The notes beneath the pieces were generated by a model, which saw nothing but the letters and a program-made list of their open reading frames with translations, was not told where the DNA came from and searched no databases. Positions 1 through 12,955 of a stretch of 64,000 nt of DNA are shown piece by piece (positions within the stretch are counted from its first letter, which is position 1; each line of letters starts with the position of its first letter). This stretch comes from Somniosus microcephalus. Its lineage: Eukaryota. Both the position numbers and the translations under genes were made by a program. Location of the stretch: assembly GCA_052327205.1 (NCBI GenBank), contig CM126206.1, forward strand, positions 284,580,001 through 284,644,000. Direction: 5' to 3'.

Positions 1-1532
1 GTGGTGGAGGACATTTTGATGACCTCAAGCCATTTCGAGTGCGCATCCACGGCTATTAAAAACATTGAGTCCATGAATGGACCAACAAAATCAATATGCA
101 CCCGTTGCCATGGAGATGAGGGCCACTCCCATGGGTGTAGAGGGACATGTGGTGGTGCACTTTGGATTTTCTGGCATCCTGAGCAGCTCTTGGTCAGGTC
201 CTCGATTTGTTTATCGATTCCCGGCCACCACACATAAGCCCTGGCTAGGCTTTTCATTTTTACCCCTCCCAGATGACCCTCATGAAGCTCATTGAGCACT
301 CTATCCCTTAACTTGGGTGGAATTACCACTCGGGATCCACACATCAAGGTCCCCCGGCACACTGACAGCTGTTCTCTCCTTGTCGAGAATGCTGGCAACA
401 GTGAGTCGCCATGTGCTGGCCATCCCTTCACCGTCAAATCATATACCCAAGACAGTGTCAGGTCATTTCGGGTTTCCTTTTCGATACAAGCGTTAGTTAC
501 CGGTAGGTATTCAACTATAGTCGAATGGAATATTTCGACAGGATCCACTGCTGGTGCTTCGTCCGCAGTAGGCAGTGGCAGGCGTGATAGCCCATCAGCA
601 TTTCCATGCTGTTTTGTGCCCTTATATTCAATCTCATAGTGGTGCGCCCCTAGAAAAAGTGACCATCTTTGTAGTCGTTGCGCAGTCATCACTGGAACGC
701 CCTTCTTCGGATTAAAAATGGAGACAAGAGGCTGGTGATCAGTCAGCAAGGTGAATTTCTGCCCGTGCAGATAGTGATTGAACTTTTTCACTCCCCACAC
801 TAGGCTGAGGGCCTCCCTGTCAATCTGGGCGTAGTTACGCTCGGCTGAGGTTAGTGATCGTGACGCAAAGGCTATTGGCCTCTCTGAGCCGTCCGAGAAT
901 TTGTGCGACAGCACCGCTCCAATGCCGTAAGGTGACGCATCACATGCCAACCGAATTGGTAATGCTGGGTTGTAATGGGCCAATACCTTTCGATGTGATT
1001 AGTGTTTTGCTCTTCTGGAAAGCTCATCTACATTCGTCACTCTACTTCCATGGCACCCCAATTTGCAGTAGGGTGTTCAGTGGGTGTAGTATTGTAGACA
1101 AATTTGGCAAGAACTTATGGTAGTAGTTTACCAGCCCGAGGATCGACCTCAGTTGTGACACATTTTCCGGTGCTGGAGCCTTGACTACTGCCTCAATCTT
1201 CTCTGGGGACTTATGTAACCCCTCTTTATCGATAACGTGGCCAAAATACAAGATCTGTTTTCTCAAAAACTCGCATTTGGGGCGGATAGCTCGGAGCCCA
1301 TATTCCTGCAATCTAGTGAGCACCTGCTCCAGGTTGGCAAGCTGATCACTGTCATTTTCGCCCGTGACCAGGATGTCGTCCAAATAACACTGGTTCCCTG
1401 GGATCCCTTGCAGGACTTGTTCCATTGCCCTCTGCCAAATAGCCGGAGCTGATGCTACCCCGAATACCAGCCGGTTGTATTGGTAGAGACCTTTGTGGGT
1501 GTTGATTGTGAAGTATTTTTTTGATGCTTCTT

Positions 1533-3164
1533 CTACCTCCATTTGCAGATACGCCTGGCCAGATCAATCTTAGTGAAGCGTTTCCCTCCAGATAGCGAGG
1601 CGAAAATATCTTCAATCCGCAGAAGTGGATATTGTACGGTGTGAAGGACCGGGTTCACTGTTACCTTAAAGTCCCCACAGATGTGAACCTTCCTTGGTTC
1701 CCCAGGCGTGCTGCTCAACGACTTTTTCATCACAGGGACGACGAGTGTAGCCCACTCACTCCAGTCTACCTTGAACAGTACACCTGAACGTTCCAGACTC
1801 TCCAGCTCTGCTTCGACGGCTGGGCGGATCGCATAAGGTACCGGTCTGGCCTTAAAAAATTTTGGGCTTGCGTTTTCTTCAATTTTAATCGTCGCTGTCA
1901 TGCCTTTTAGTGTTCCGAGTCCTTGCTGGAACACTTCTTTCGCGTCAGTTAGGAACTTTGACAGTCGCCCAGGTGTGACGTCGTCATCCTTTTTGTCAGC
2001 CACAGTCAGTGCCTGTATGGAATGCCAATCCAGTTGTATTTTCCGGATCCATTCACGTCCCAGTAATGGTGGTCCTCCATCTTGCAATACATACAGGTCT
2101 AGTTTTGGTGTTTCCTTACCGTTATATATAACGGTCACCCTTATTTTTCCTTTGGGGTAGACTTTTTGCCCCGTGTACGTCTTCAAAATAATTTTTGTGT
2201 CTCTCAAGGGTATGTGTGAGAATAGCCGCTCGTAGTCCCGTCGGTTTATGACTGTTAGGGCTGATCCTGTGTCCAATTCCATCTTTACCTGGACTCCTGC
2301 TATCTTGAGAGTGACCCAAATGGTTCGGTGATCCTCCGTTGTGATCACATTATGTAGTTTCAGACAACTCAGTTCCCTGCTTTCGGAGTCGTTATTACTC
2401 TTTTGTCCGTCTGAACTATTCTCCGTCATCTTATGTACCTTCTTGTACTTTCCTTTGGTAGGTTTCTTATTGCTGGTTTTCTTTCCCGACCTGCAGACTC
2501 GTGCTATGTGTGCTACTTTTACACACTGTCTGCACACTTTGTCTTTGAACCAGCAATCATTCTGGTCGTGTGTTGTTGTGCCGCAGCGATAGCACTTCTC
2601 TGTTCCATATGACATTTCATTTGTGCCATATTCTTGCGGTCTCTGTTGTATCTCTGCAGCGCCCCGTGCTGCTGCTTCATATGATACCGCAATGCTGAAA
2701 GCCTTTTCCAGCGTAAGGTCCTTTTCAGATAAAAGCCGTTTCTGGGTTCCTTCACTTTGAAGCCCACACACAAACTTGTCCCTTAAGGTATCTGCCAGTC
2801 CCGCTCCAAACTGGCAGTGTTTCGATAGTTTGCGCAGTTCTGTTAAATAATCAGCATTGCTTTCATCCTTACGCTGGTTCCGTTTGTGAAACTTGAATCT
2901 TTCTGCTATCAGCAGCGGTGTGGGGTTTAAATGTTCCTTTAGTATCGTTACTATGTCTTCAAAACTCTTTTCCATTGGCTTCGTTGGGGTTACTAGATTT
3001 CGTAATAACCCATACGTCTTTGCACCCATTAAATTTAACAATACCGACGCTTTCTTGTCATCTGACACCTCATTTGCATTGCAGTACACCTCTATTCGCT
3101 CGACATATGTAGTCCAATCTTCGACTTCATTGTCAAATGCGGTGATACTGCCACTCTTCGGCAT
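1533..3164 (-). pseudogene. Gypsy gag-protease-RT (N-terminal) ORF ending in a frameshift
   Basis: MPKSGSITAFD... gag, CYRCG..H..C knuckles, ELDTGS protease, ICGDFK RT motif; close paralog of 8404-10905. Confidence 0.93.
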
Positions 3165-3683
3165 TTTGGGTGTGGTTTAAAATGGCGTCTCCTAATGGCT
3201 TAAAATGGCGTCTCCCGCGCTTTCCTTCCTCCCCCGCTGCTGCCAACGCTGCACTCGGCGGTCCTCGTGGCAATGGCGGCGCCTCGCGGGTTTCTGCGCG
3301 TCTCTCTCTCCCTCTCTCTGACGCTGCTCGGCCCCTGAACACCGGCTGCGCCCTGTGCGCTCTGCCCTCTCTCTCTCTCCCCCGTCGACGCTGCTCGGCC
3401 CTTTGCTGTGCCGCTCGGTCGGGCTCTAGCCCGCCACTGTCCGGGAAGGGTCTGCGCACTACCTGTTGCCAGCCCATTTCGCTGGACCACCTCGACTGGA
3501 AAGCCAAGCCTGGCTCTCGACAGCCTCCCCCGCAATTCTCGAGTCTCTGCTGAATGACTGGGCGGTTGCCCGTGGTCGACGCCCGAGTCTCTGGCCTTGA
3601 CCTCCAATCCACTGATCTCCAGGAACGAATCCCCGGGAGGTGATGCAGAGATGCAGGTAGGTTCGAACTTGCCTCGTCTTCAA

Positions 3684-3876
3684 TGTTGTGTCTGGGTATA
3701 ATAAGATACAGACTGCAGCAGAAACGGTACAACAGGTGTTTACTCAACGTGGCTCACAGTTGAACTGACTGTACAGATTACAACTCAGTGCTATATACAG
3801 GTGTGGTCACTGCCGGTACTACAGTATACATGAGCTGTAAAAAGTAGTTCCCCCCCTTAAAGGTACATACATTACA
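3684..3876 (-). repeat. 5' LTR of the left Gypsy element (193 bp)
   Basis: TG..CA termini, adjacent PBS, sequence related to the LTRs at 7458 and 12461. Confidence 0.85.
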
Positions 3877-5032
3877 ACCCCCCCCTCACCCCTTCCTCAC
3901 CCCCTCCTCACCCCCCTCACCCTCTCCTCACCCCTCCTCACCCCCCCTCACCACCTCCTCACCCCCTCCTCACCCCTTCCTCACCCTCCTCACCCTCTCC
4001 TCACACCCTCCTCACCCCCTCCTCACCCTCCTCACCCCCCCTCACCCTCTCCCCACCCTCTCCTCACCCCCTCCTCACCCGCCTCCTCACCCTCTCCTCA
4101 CCCTCTCCTCACCCCCCATCCTCACCCTCCTCACCCCCTCCTCACCCCCCTCACCCCCCCTCACCCTCTCCCCACCCTCTCCTCACCCCTTCCTCACCCC
4201 TTCCTCACCCCCCTCACCCTCTCCTCACCCTCTCCTCACCCCCTCCTCACCCCCTCCTCACCCCCCTCACCCCCCCTCACCCTCTCCCCACCCTCTCCTC
4301 ACCCCCCCACCCCCTCCTCACCCCTTCCTCACCCTCCTCACCCCCTCCTCACCCCCTCCTCACCCCTTCTCACCCTCTCCTCACCCCCTCCTCACCCCCT
4401 CCTCACCCTCCTCACCCCCCTCCTCACCCCCCTTCTCACCCTCTCCTCACCCTCCTCACCCCCTCCTCACCCCCCTCCTCACCCTCCTCACCCCCTCCTC
4501 ACCCCCCCTCACCCTCTCCCCACCCTCTCCTCACCCTCTCCTCACCTCCCCCTCACCCTCTCCTCACCCCCCTCACCCCTTCCTCACCCTCTCCTCACCC
4601 CCCTTCTCACCCTCTCCTCACCCTCCTCACCCCCCTCCTCCCCCCTCACCCTCTCCCCACCCTCTCCTCACCCTCTCCTCACCTCCCCCTCACCCTCTCC
4701 TCACCCTCTCCCCACCCTCTCCCCACCCCCTCCTCACCCCCTCCTCACCTCCCCCTCACCCTCTCCTCACCCTCTCCCCACCCTCTCCTCACCCTCTCCT
4801 CACCCTCTCCTCACCTCCCCCTCACCCTCTCCTCACCCTCTCCCCACCCTCTCCTCACCCTCTCCTCACCCTCTCCTCACCTCCCCCTCACCCTCTCCTC
4901 ACCCTCTCCCCACCCTCTCCCCACCCCCTCCTCACCCCCCTCACCCCCCCTCACCCTCTCCCCACCCTCTCCTCACCCTCTCCTCACCTCCCCCTCACCC
5001 TCTCCTCACCCCCTCCTCATCGCCCTCCCCCA
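3877..5032. repeat. Pyrimidine-rich tandem repeat with a variable (CCTCACCC(C/T)CT)-type unit of ~10-13 bp
   Basis: About 1.15 kb of cctcaccc variants; almost no G on the + strand. Confidence 0.97.
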
Positions 5033-5596
5033 CACTGAACAATCGGAGCTAGTTCAGGAACTGGTTGAGGACACAGAGGGCTCATATCAGCTGAGCAGCT
5101 GGGTTGGGGGGAGGGGTGCGGTGGGAAAGGCTGAAGACCTGATTTGAAATTTTCAGGACGGAGATCGATAGATTGTTGTTAGGTGAGGGTATCAAGGGAT
5201 ATGGAGCAAAGGCAGTTAAATGGAGTTGAAGTGCAGATCAGCCATCGAATGCAATGTGGTAAAGCCTCTGCTGGGCAGCAAACTTGATACCATTTTGATG
5301 AAGGTAAAGTAAGAATAAAAGTGTACTTTTTTTTCTCCAAATTTCAATGGAGGAGAAAGTATTTGACGGTGTTGTAAAAATAAAAATGGGTTTTCTCTGC
5401 TGCCTATTGAACAAGCTGGGCCCTGACTTCGTAAGGATTCCTTTTTTTTCTAGCTTCTCCTGCTCACGTTTACCTCAGAGTAAATCAGATGCGATTATTT
5501 GGCTGACTGATCACTGAAGACAGAATTTCCGTTTGTTAATAAGGACAGGCAAAACCAAATTCACCACTCAGTTTTGGCGAAAGCTCCATACACATA

Positions 5597-6965
5597 GGCC
5601 TAGAAATTCAGTTGCTTGCGCCAGCCGGTAGCGCCTTAGGAGGAGGAGATGTTGGGCGCTAGGCGGCTAGCGGCCGGGCGCAGCGCGATCTGCGCCTCTC
5701 CCCAACTTCACTAGAGATTTAGCGTCGGCGCAAAGTCTTTGCGCGCGCTCAGCTGCGCGCGCAGATCCTGACGTCATTTCATCGTGCAACGCCCTTTGTG
5801 CGCCCCAAACCGGAACTTCAGTGGCGCCGCCCTTCTTTGCGCCTGGCGCCCCCAGCGACTGGTAGAGGGGAACGGTTCCCAGTCGCTGCGGGGTGCGGGG
5901 GGCGCTATTTAAAGGGGACTCCTCCTGCATTATAAGTGACAGCCATTTTGTGCCAATCCTTCTGTGTGAGAGACAAAGGCAGAGAGCTTTCTGCTTTCAC
6001 TCAGCGCTCGCACAGGTACTTCTGGCTTCAGACCAGCGCTTTGCACTTGGATTTCACTTTCAGTGCCATAGCCTTGAGTCGCCACATATACTGTAATGGG
6101 GGCTACAATGGGTGGAAACGTTGGCTTTCTGCATTGCATTCAAAGGGATCAGAGACGCCGTGAGAGAGTGCCAGTCATGGCCAGACGGAGAAAGGCCAAC
6201 AGGTGTCGGCACAGGAGGCCTTACCCACCCAGGGTATACCGCCAGCAGTTCTCATATCTGAACATGTCTGAGGAGCAGTGTGTTCGGAGGCTGCGATTCA
6301 GAAGGGAGGTGGTCACTGAGATCTGCCACCTGCTTCGCAGAGATCTGCAGCCACAGCTGAGGAGCAGGACGTCTCTGTCGGTGGCAGTGAAGGTGACGGT
6401 GGCTCTCAACTTCTATGCCACCGGCTCCTTCCAATCCGCTACTGGGGACATTGCCAACATCTCCCAGTTTGCGGTACATTGCTGCATCCGACAGGTGAAC
6501 AATGCCCTTTTCAGAAGGAGACGTCAGTACATCTCCTTCCCCATGACCCTGGACAAGCAGCAAGAGCGTACAATGGGATTTGGAAGAATAGCGGGCTTCC
6601 CCGTGGTCCAGGGCGTAGAACTGATGAACCAGCATTGGTCAGGCCTTGCTTCAGGGCTGCAGTGCGCAGGGCATGGCAGCCAGACAAGTCCACCCTCCCC
6701 CTTTAGGAGCTGACCGGCGCCAGAGTGTCTGCCATCAATCAGCAACTCGCCGCACCTGCGCTGCGCCCGCCCTCGGGGGTATCGCCCCGGACCGCCGGCT
6801 TAGCGCCTAATGATAGTCGTGCATCGCCTGTTTTAGCGCAGCAGCAACCTCTTGGGGCGATGCGACTGAATATCGGCGAAGGTGGCGCGAACTTGCGCCG
6901 GGCGCAAACTTTAGCGGCCGCCCGACTTTAGCGCCCCGAACGTGGCTATACTGAATTTCTAGGCC
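5597..6965 (+). mobile_element. Non-autonomous PIF/Harbinger DNA transposon with a truncated HARBI1-like transposase
   Basis: Perfect 16-bp TIRs GGCCTAGAAATTCAGT (5597-5612) / ACTGAATTTCTAGGCC (6950-6965) and a 3-bp TSD ATA. ORF 6096-6713 (RRLRFRREVV...LSVAVKVTVALNFYATGSFQ...GFPVVQG) is the Harbinger transposase N-terminus, cut just before the first catalytic Asp. Confidence 0.93.
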
Positions 6966-7123
6966 ATAATATCAACTTGTCTGTTCCCTCAACAGAGGAT
7001 GCCGAAGTGAGTGTTTCCAGCATTCTCTGTTTTTGTTCCAAGTTCACTCAGTGCCCAGTCTCTATCCCCTCCATCAAAATATTTGCACTGAACTATTCAC
7101 CAAGCAATTTACATAGTCCAACA

Positions 7124-7155
7124 TCACCATCTGCTGGTAGATAGCTGGAACTACA
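7124..7155 (-). promoter_or_regulatory. Candidate CTCF site with upstream motif
   Basis: Minus strand reads TGTAGTTCC-n9-CCAGCAGATGGTGA, close to the CCASYAGRKGGCRS core plus the TGCAG-type upstream motif. Confidence 0.5.
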
Positions 7156-7341
7156 CACACATATAAATCTCTTTTATTTGTCCCATAAATAAATGGAAAG
7201 CAGCAAAGCCCAACAACCACTCTACTTGGAGATTTGTTATTGTGTTGGAAAAAGCATTGTAAGTTTAAGTAAAGTGAAATCTGCTCTGTTTCTACTCACT
7301 TTCATTCTTGGTAAACCTGATTCATCGTTTAGACCAAACCA

Positions 7342-7452
7342 AAGCAAAAGCAAAATACTGCGGATGTTGGAAATCTGAAATAAAAACAGAAATTGCTGGA
7401 AATACTCAGCAGGTCAGGCAGCATCTGTGGAGAGAGAAACATGTTTATCATC
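7342..7452. repeat. Penelope-type terminal repeat fragment next to the Gypsy insertion site
   Basis: AGCAAAATACTGCGGATGTTGGAAATCTGAAATAAAAACAG...; same family as 15296, 20145, 53350 and 56105. Confidence 0.6.
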
Positions 7453-7457
7453 GTTTT

Positions 7458-10400
7458 TGTAGTGTATGTAACCTGAAGAAGGAACTATATTCTGCAGCCC
7501 CTGTATACTGCAGTACCAGTAGTGACCACCCCTGTATATAAGCCTGTGTAGTAACCTTGCATAGTAGTTCCAGTTTTGTCTCTGTTCAGTAAACACCTGT
7601 TATCACCAACTCCTGCAGTCCGTGTCTCAATTACACACGGACGTTACACTGGCGACAAACAGATCTGAACTTACCTACAGTTCTGCACCACCTCACGGGG
7701 ATCCATCCCTGAAGCGAAGTTATTGGAGGTCGAGGCCAGAAGGAAGAAATCCAAAAAGAAAAAAAAACAAACAGCAGAAACGGGCGTCGACCGTGGGCAA
7801 CCGCCCTCTGATTCATCGAATTAGAAGATTTGCAGGAGAGGCTGTCGAGAGTGGGGCTTGGTTATCCAGTCTATGGTGTTCCAGCTAATCGGGCTGGTGG
7901 CAGGTAGTACACTGATCCTTCCTGGGCTGCGGCGGGCTAGAGCTCGATCGGGTGGCTTTTCAACGGGGCCGAGCAGCATTGTCGGGAAGAGGAGAGAGAG
8001 AGAGAGGGTGGAGCACACAGGACGCGGCCGGTGCTACGAAGCCGGGCAGCGTACAGACCCGAGAAGAGGGAGGGAAGTGTCCCATAGGGTCTGCTCTGAC
8101 GACGGGATCAGTAATTAAAATAAAAGAAATTACAAGCGCAGAAAGCCGCGAGCAGCTGCAGTTTGCCACGGGGACCGCGGAGAGCGGCGTTGGCAGCAGC
8201 GCGGGGGGAAGCGCGCGAAGACCATAGGGCGTCGCCATCAAGGCATAAAAACGTCAGCAACAGCACTAGCAGCAGCGGGAAGGCAGAAAGCGCGGGAGGC
8301 GCCATCTTAATCCAGCGGGGAAGAAGGCAAAGCGCAGGAGGCGCCATTTTGTTCAATCGGGGAAGAAGGCAAAGCGCGGGAGGCACCATCTTAGATCTCC
8401 AAGATGCCGAAGACTGGCAATATCACTGCCTTCGATAATGCAATAGAAGACTGGACCACGTATGTGGAAAGAGTCGAAGTATATTGCGAGGCAAATGAAG
8501 TAGCCGATGAGAAAAAGGCATTGGTACTACTAAACTTAATGGGCGCAAGAACGTACGGCCTATTGCGGAACCTGATCACTCCAGTCAAACCGATGGCGAA
8601 GAGTTTTAACGAAATTGTTGATACCCTACAGGAACACCTAAATCCTACACCGCTGCTGATAGCAGAAAGATTTAAATTCCACAAGAGAAATCAGCATAAA
8701 GATGAGAGCAATGCTGATTACCTTACGGAACTACGCGGGCTATCGAAGCACTGCCAGTTCGGAGCAGGACTGGCAGATACCCTACGGGACAAATTTGTCT
8801 GTGGACTCCTGAGTGAAGGAACCCAGAAGAGGTTACTCTCAGAGAAAGAGCTGATGCTAGATAAGGCTTTCAGCGTGGCAGTATCGTACGAAGCAGCAGC
8901 AAGGGGAGCTGCGGAAATACAGCAAAAGCCACAGGAATACGGCACCCATGAAATGACATGGGGATTTGAAAAACGTTATCGCTGTGGCAGAACAACCCAT
9001 GACCAGAAGGACTGCTGGTCCAAGGACAAAACATGCAGGCAATGCAGAAAGATGGGACACATTGCACGAGTTTGCAGGTCCGGGAAGAAGACTAACGACA
9101 ACAAAAAGGCTACTAAGGAACAGTACAGGAAAGTACAAAAGATGACGGACAGTAGTTCCGAAGACCAGAAGAGCGATAGTGAATCCGGGAACAAGAGATT
9201 AACCTGTCTCAAACTACACAACGTAATCGCAAAAGAGGATCACCGAACCATTTGGGTCACCCTCACGATAGCAGGGTCCCAAGTCAAAATGGAATTGGAT
9301 ACAGGATCAGCCCTGACCGTCATGAATCGACGAGACTACGAGCAGCTATTCTCACACATACCCTTGAAAGACACATCCATTGTCTTGAAGACGTATACGG
9401 GGCAGAAAGTATACCCCAGAGGGAAAATAAGGGTGCCTGTCGAATACAATGGCAAGGAAATACAGAAATTGTATCTGTACATACTGCAAGATGGTGGACC
9501 ACCGTTATTGGGATGTGAATGGATCAGAAAGATAAGTTTAGACTGGCACTCCATTCAGGCACTGACTGTGGCTGGTAAAAAGGATGACGACGTCACACCT
9601 GGACGATTGTCAAAAATCTTAGCTAACGCTAAAGAGGTATTTCAACAAGGACTGGGAACTCTTAAAGGCGTAACCGCCTCGATAAAAATAGAAGAGAATG
9701 CAATTCCCAAGTTTGTCAAAGCAAGACTGGTACCGTATGCAATTCGCCCAGCCGCCGAGGCAGAGCTGGAGAATCTGGAGAATGCAGGCATGTTATCTAA
9801 GGTAGACTGGAGCGAGTCGGCGACACCCATCGTTCCTGTCATGAAGAAAACGTTAAACAATAAGTCTGAGGAGCCAAGGAAGGTTCGCATCTGTGGGGAC
9901 TTCAAGGTGACTGTGAACCCAGTCCTTCACACAGTACAGTATCCTCTTCCGAGGATAGAAGATATTTTCGCCTCACTATCTGGAGGGAAGCGTTTTACAA
10001 AAATTGACCTAGCACAAGCATATTTGCAGATGGAGGTTGAAGAATCCTCTAGGAAATATCTCACGATAAACACTCACAAAGGTCTTTATCATTATAATCG
10101 ACTGGTATTCGGAGTAGCATCAGCTCCGGCGATATGGCAAAGAGCGATGGAACAAGTCCTGCAAGGGATTCCGGGGACTCAGTGTTACTTGGACGACATC
10201 CTAGTGACAGGTGAAAATGACAGTGAACACCTTGCCAACCTAGAGCAGGTGCTCACTAGACTAAGAGAACATGGGCTACGAGCCAATCACCCCAAGTGCG
10301 AGTTTTTTAAGAAACAGATATCGTATTGTGGCCACGTGATTGATGAAGAGGGGTTACATAAGTCCCCTGACAAAATTGAAGTGGTAGTTAAGGCTCCAGC

Positions 10401-12651
10401 GCCTGAAAACGTGTTGCAACTGAGGTCATGCCTCGGATTGGTGAATTACTACCATAAGTTTTTGCCGAATTTGGCCACAATTCTGCACCCACTGAACGCC
10501 CTACTACAAACTGGAGTAGCATGGAAATGGAGCGATGAATGTAAGCGGGCCTTTCAGAAGTGTAAAGACCTGATCACTTCAAGAGAAGTATTGGCTCACT
10601 ACAACCCATCACTACCGATAAGACTGGCGTGTGATGCGTCTCCCTGCGGCATTGGAGCGGTACTGTCACATAAATTCCTTGATGGTTCAGAGAGGCCGAT
10701 AGCTTTTGCGTCACGCTCATTAACTTCAGCCGAGCGTAACTACGCCCAGATTGACAGAGAGGCCCTCAGCCTGGTGTGGGGGGTGAAGAAGTTCAATCAC
10801 TACCTGCACGGACAGAAATTTACTCTACTAACTGATCATCAACCTCTTGTCTCCATTTTCAACCTTCAGAAGGGCGTCCCGATAATGACAGCACAACGGC
10901 TATAGAGGTGGTCCCTTTTCCTAGGGGCACACCAATATGACATCGAGTACAAAGGAACTAAACAGCATGGGAATGCTGATGGATTGTCGCGCCTACCGTT
11001 GCCGATGGTGGAAGAAGCACCTGCAGTAGATCCTGTGGAGATATTCCACTCGACCATAATCGAATGTCTACCTGTGACGAATGCAAACATAGAAAAGGAA
11101 ACACGAAATGACCCGACACTCTCCAGGGTCTATGATTTAACGGTGAAGGGATGGCCAGCACATGGCGAACCACTGTTGCCAGCATTCTCGGCAAGAAGAG
11201 AACAGCTGTCAGTGTGCCGAGGAACCTTGATGTGTGGATCCAGAGTAGTAATTCCACCCAAATTGAAGGATAGAGTGCTCAATGAGCTTCATGAGGGTCA
11301 TCTGGGTGGGGTAAAAATGAAGAACTTAGCCAGAGCGTTTGTGTGGTGGCCGGGAATCGATAGAGAAATCGAAGAGATGACCAAGAGCTGTACAGGATGC
11401 CAGAAGGTCCAAAACGCCCCACCACAAGCCCCTCTACATCCATGGGAGTGGCCCTCATCTCCATGGCAAAGGGTGCACATTGATTTTGCTGGTCCATTTA
11501 TGGACTCGATGTTTTTAATTGCAGTGGATGCACATTCAAAGTGGCCAGAGGTAATAAAAATGTCCTCAACCACCACATAAAAAACTATCACAGTCTTACG
11601 AACCATATTCGCCAGAAATGGGCTGCCTGAACAGATTTGCTCCGACAATGGGCCACAGTTTGTGTCTGAAGAGTTCCGGAGGTTCTTAAAGAACAATGGT
11701 GTTAAGCATTACACATCCGCCCCATATCATCCAGCCACCAATGGATTGGCTGAGAGGTTCGTTCAAACATTCAAGAAGGCTATCAAGGCAATGTGTAATG
11801 AAGACATAGCCCTACAACACAAGGTGGATAACTTCTTGTTTGCCTACCGGAATGCGACACATGCGGTTACCAACCAAACTCCAGCCATGATGTTCTTCAA
11901 TCGAAGACTAAGATGCCGCTTGGATTTGGTTAAGCCAAACGTCAGAAGAGATGTGGAGAACAGGCAGTTTCAGAATATGAATGAAAGGCCAACCAGGAGT
12001 TTCAAGATAGGTCAACCAGTTTTGGCCCGGGACTACCGCACAGAGAAATGGCAGCCAGGAACGATCTGCACACGGCAAGGACCTCTAATGTATACCATGG
12101 ACGTTGGAGAGAGCATTGTAAGACGCCATGCTGACCAGATTCTAGAGTCACTGGAAAACATCAAATCTACACCGCGATCCTATACACCTGGTGATGAAAC
12201 CGAAGTACCAATTGCATCTACCTCAGAATCGGTGATATTGGAAGCAGACGAACCAAACAACGACGTTGATCCCGAATCAACTTTGCCAGAAGAACCTGAT
12301 ACCCCAAAGAGGCGTTATCCGGACAGAATCAGGAAGCCTCCTCAAAGACTGAATTTATAATTGATTACTTTCAGCTAATGTATATGGCAACTGTAATTGT
12401 AAATATGTTATTTAATTATTAACCGAATGTTATGTACTGTTTAGCTAAAAGGGGAGGAATTGTAGTGTATGTAACCTGAAGAAGGAACTATATTCTGCAG
12501 CCCCTGTATACTGCAGTACCAGTAGTGACCACCCCTGTATATAAGCCTGTGTAGTAACCTTGCATAGTAGTTCCAGTCTTTTCTCCGTTCAGTAAACACC
12601 TGTTATCACCAACTCCTGCAGTCCGTGTCTCAATTACACACGGACGTTACA
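7458..12651 (+). mobile_element. Full-length Ty3/Gypsy (Mag-like) LTR retrotransposon
   Basis: 191-bp LTRs at 7458-7648 and 12461-12651 (3 mismatches), TSD GTTTT on both sides, PBS TGGCGAC at 7650, PPT AAAAGGGGAGGAA at 12447-12459, single gag-pol frame. Confidence 0.98.
8404..12360 (+). pseudogene. Gag-PR-RT-RNaseH-IN polyprotein in one frame with two premature stops (10903-10905 TAG, 11578-11580 TAA)
   Basis: ORFs 8404-10905, 10984-11580 and 11662-12360 share a frame. Motifs: LDTGS, YLDD, CDAS (RNaseH), HEGH...CxxC, DFAGP, SDNG, NGLAER. Ends RKPPQRLNL. Confidence 0.95.
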
Positions 12652-12659
12652 GTTTTTAC

Positions 12660-12955
12660 CTCCAAGATCTCTCCGCTCCTCCAAATCTGGCCTTTTGCAC
12701 ATCCCTGATTTCATTGCTCCACCATTGGCGGCCGTGTTTCAGCTGCCTGGGCCCTAAGCTCTGGAATTCCCTCCCTAAACATCGCCGCCTTTCTATCTCT
12801 CTCCCCCTTTAAGAAGCTCCTTAAAACCTAACTCTTTGACCTGTCTTAATATCTCCTTCTTTGACTCGGCGTCAAGTTTTGTCTAATAACACTACTGTGA
12901 AGTGCCTTGGGACGTTTTTACTAAGTTAAAAGTGCTATATAAATGCAGGTTGTTG
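12660..12955 (+). mobile_element. L2-type LINE 3' end
   Basis: ...ctctggaattccctccctaaac...gtgaagtgccttgggacgttttt...gctatataaatgcaggttgttg tail; same family at 14200, 17536 and 63520. Confidence 0.75.

Larger units (their letters stand above)
1..3876 (-). mobile_element. Ty3/Gypsy (Mag-like) LTR retrotransposon, 5' part; continues off the left edge; frameshifted gag-pol
   Basis: 5' LTR 3684-3876 (TG...CA). Degenerate tRNA-Ser-type PBS (TTGAAGACGAGG) next to it. Gag with two CCHC knuckles, protease LDTGS and RT start at 3164-1533; RT YLDD at 1542-1042; RNaseH and integrase sequence toward position 1. Confidence 0.95.

Noticed and set aside
3133-3747. GC-rich ORFs in Gypsy leaders (also 7858-8438 and 30919-31562)
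   Set aside because: Low-complexity untranslated leader sequence; the frames are not conserved among sibling elements.
5250-5580. Possible upstream AHRR exon (AHR exon 7 equivalent)
   Set aside because: No frame gives the expected QGKLKFL/LPPQLALF-type sequence. That exon is probably left of the window.
6096-6713. Host HARBI1 gene
   Set aside because: Truncated before the DDE domain and enclosed by TIRs and a TSD, so it is a transposon remnant.
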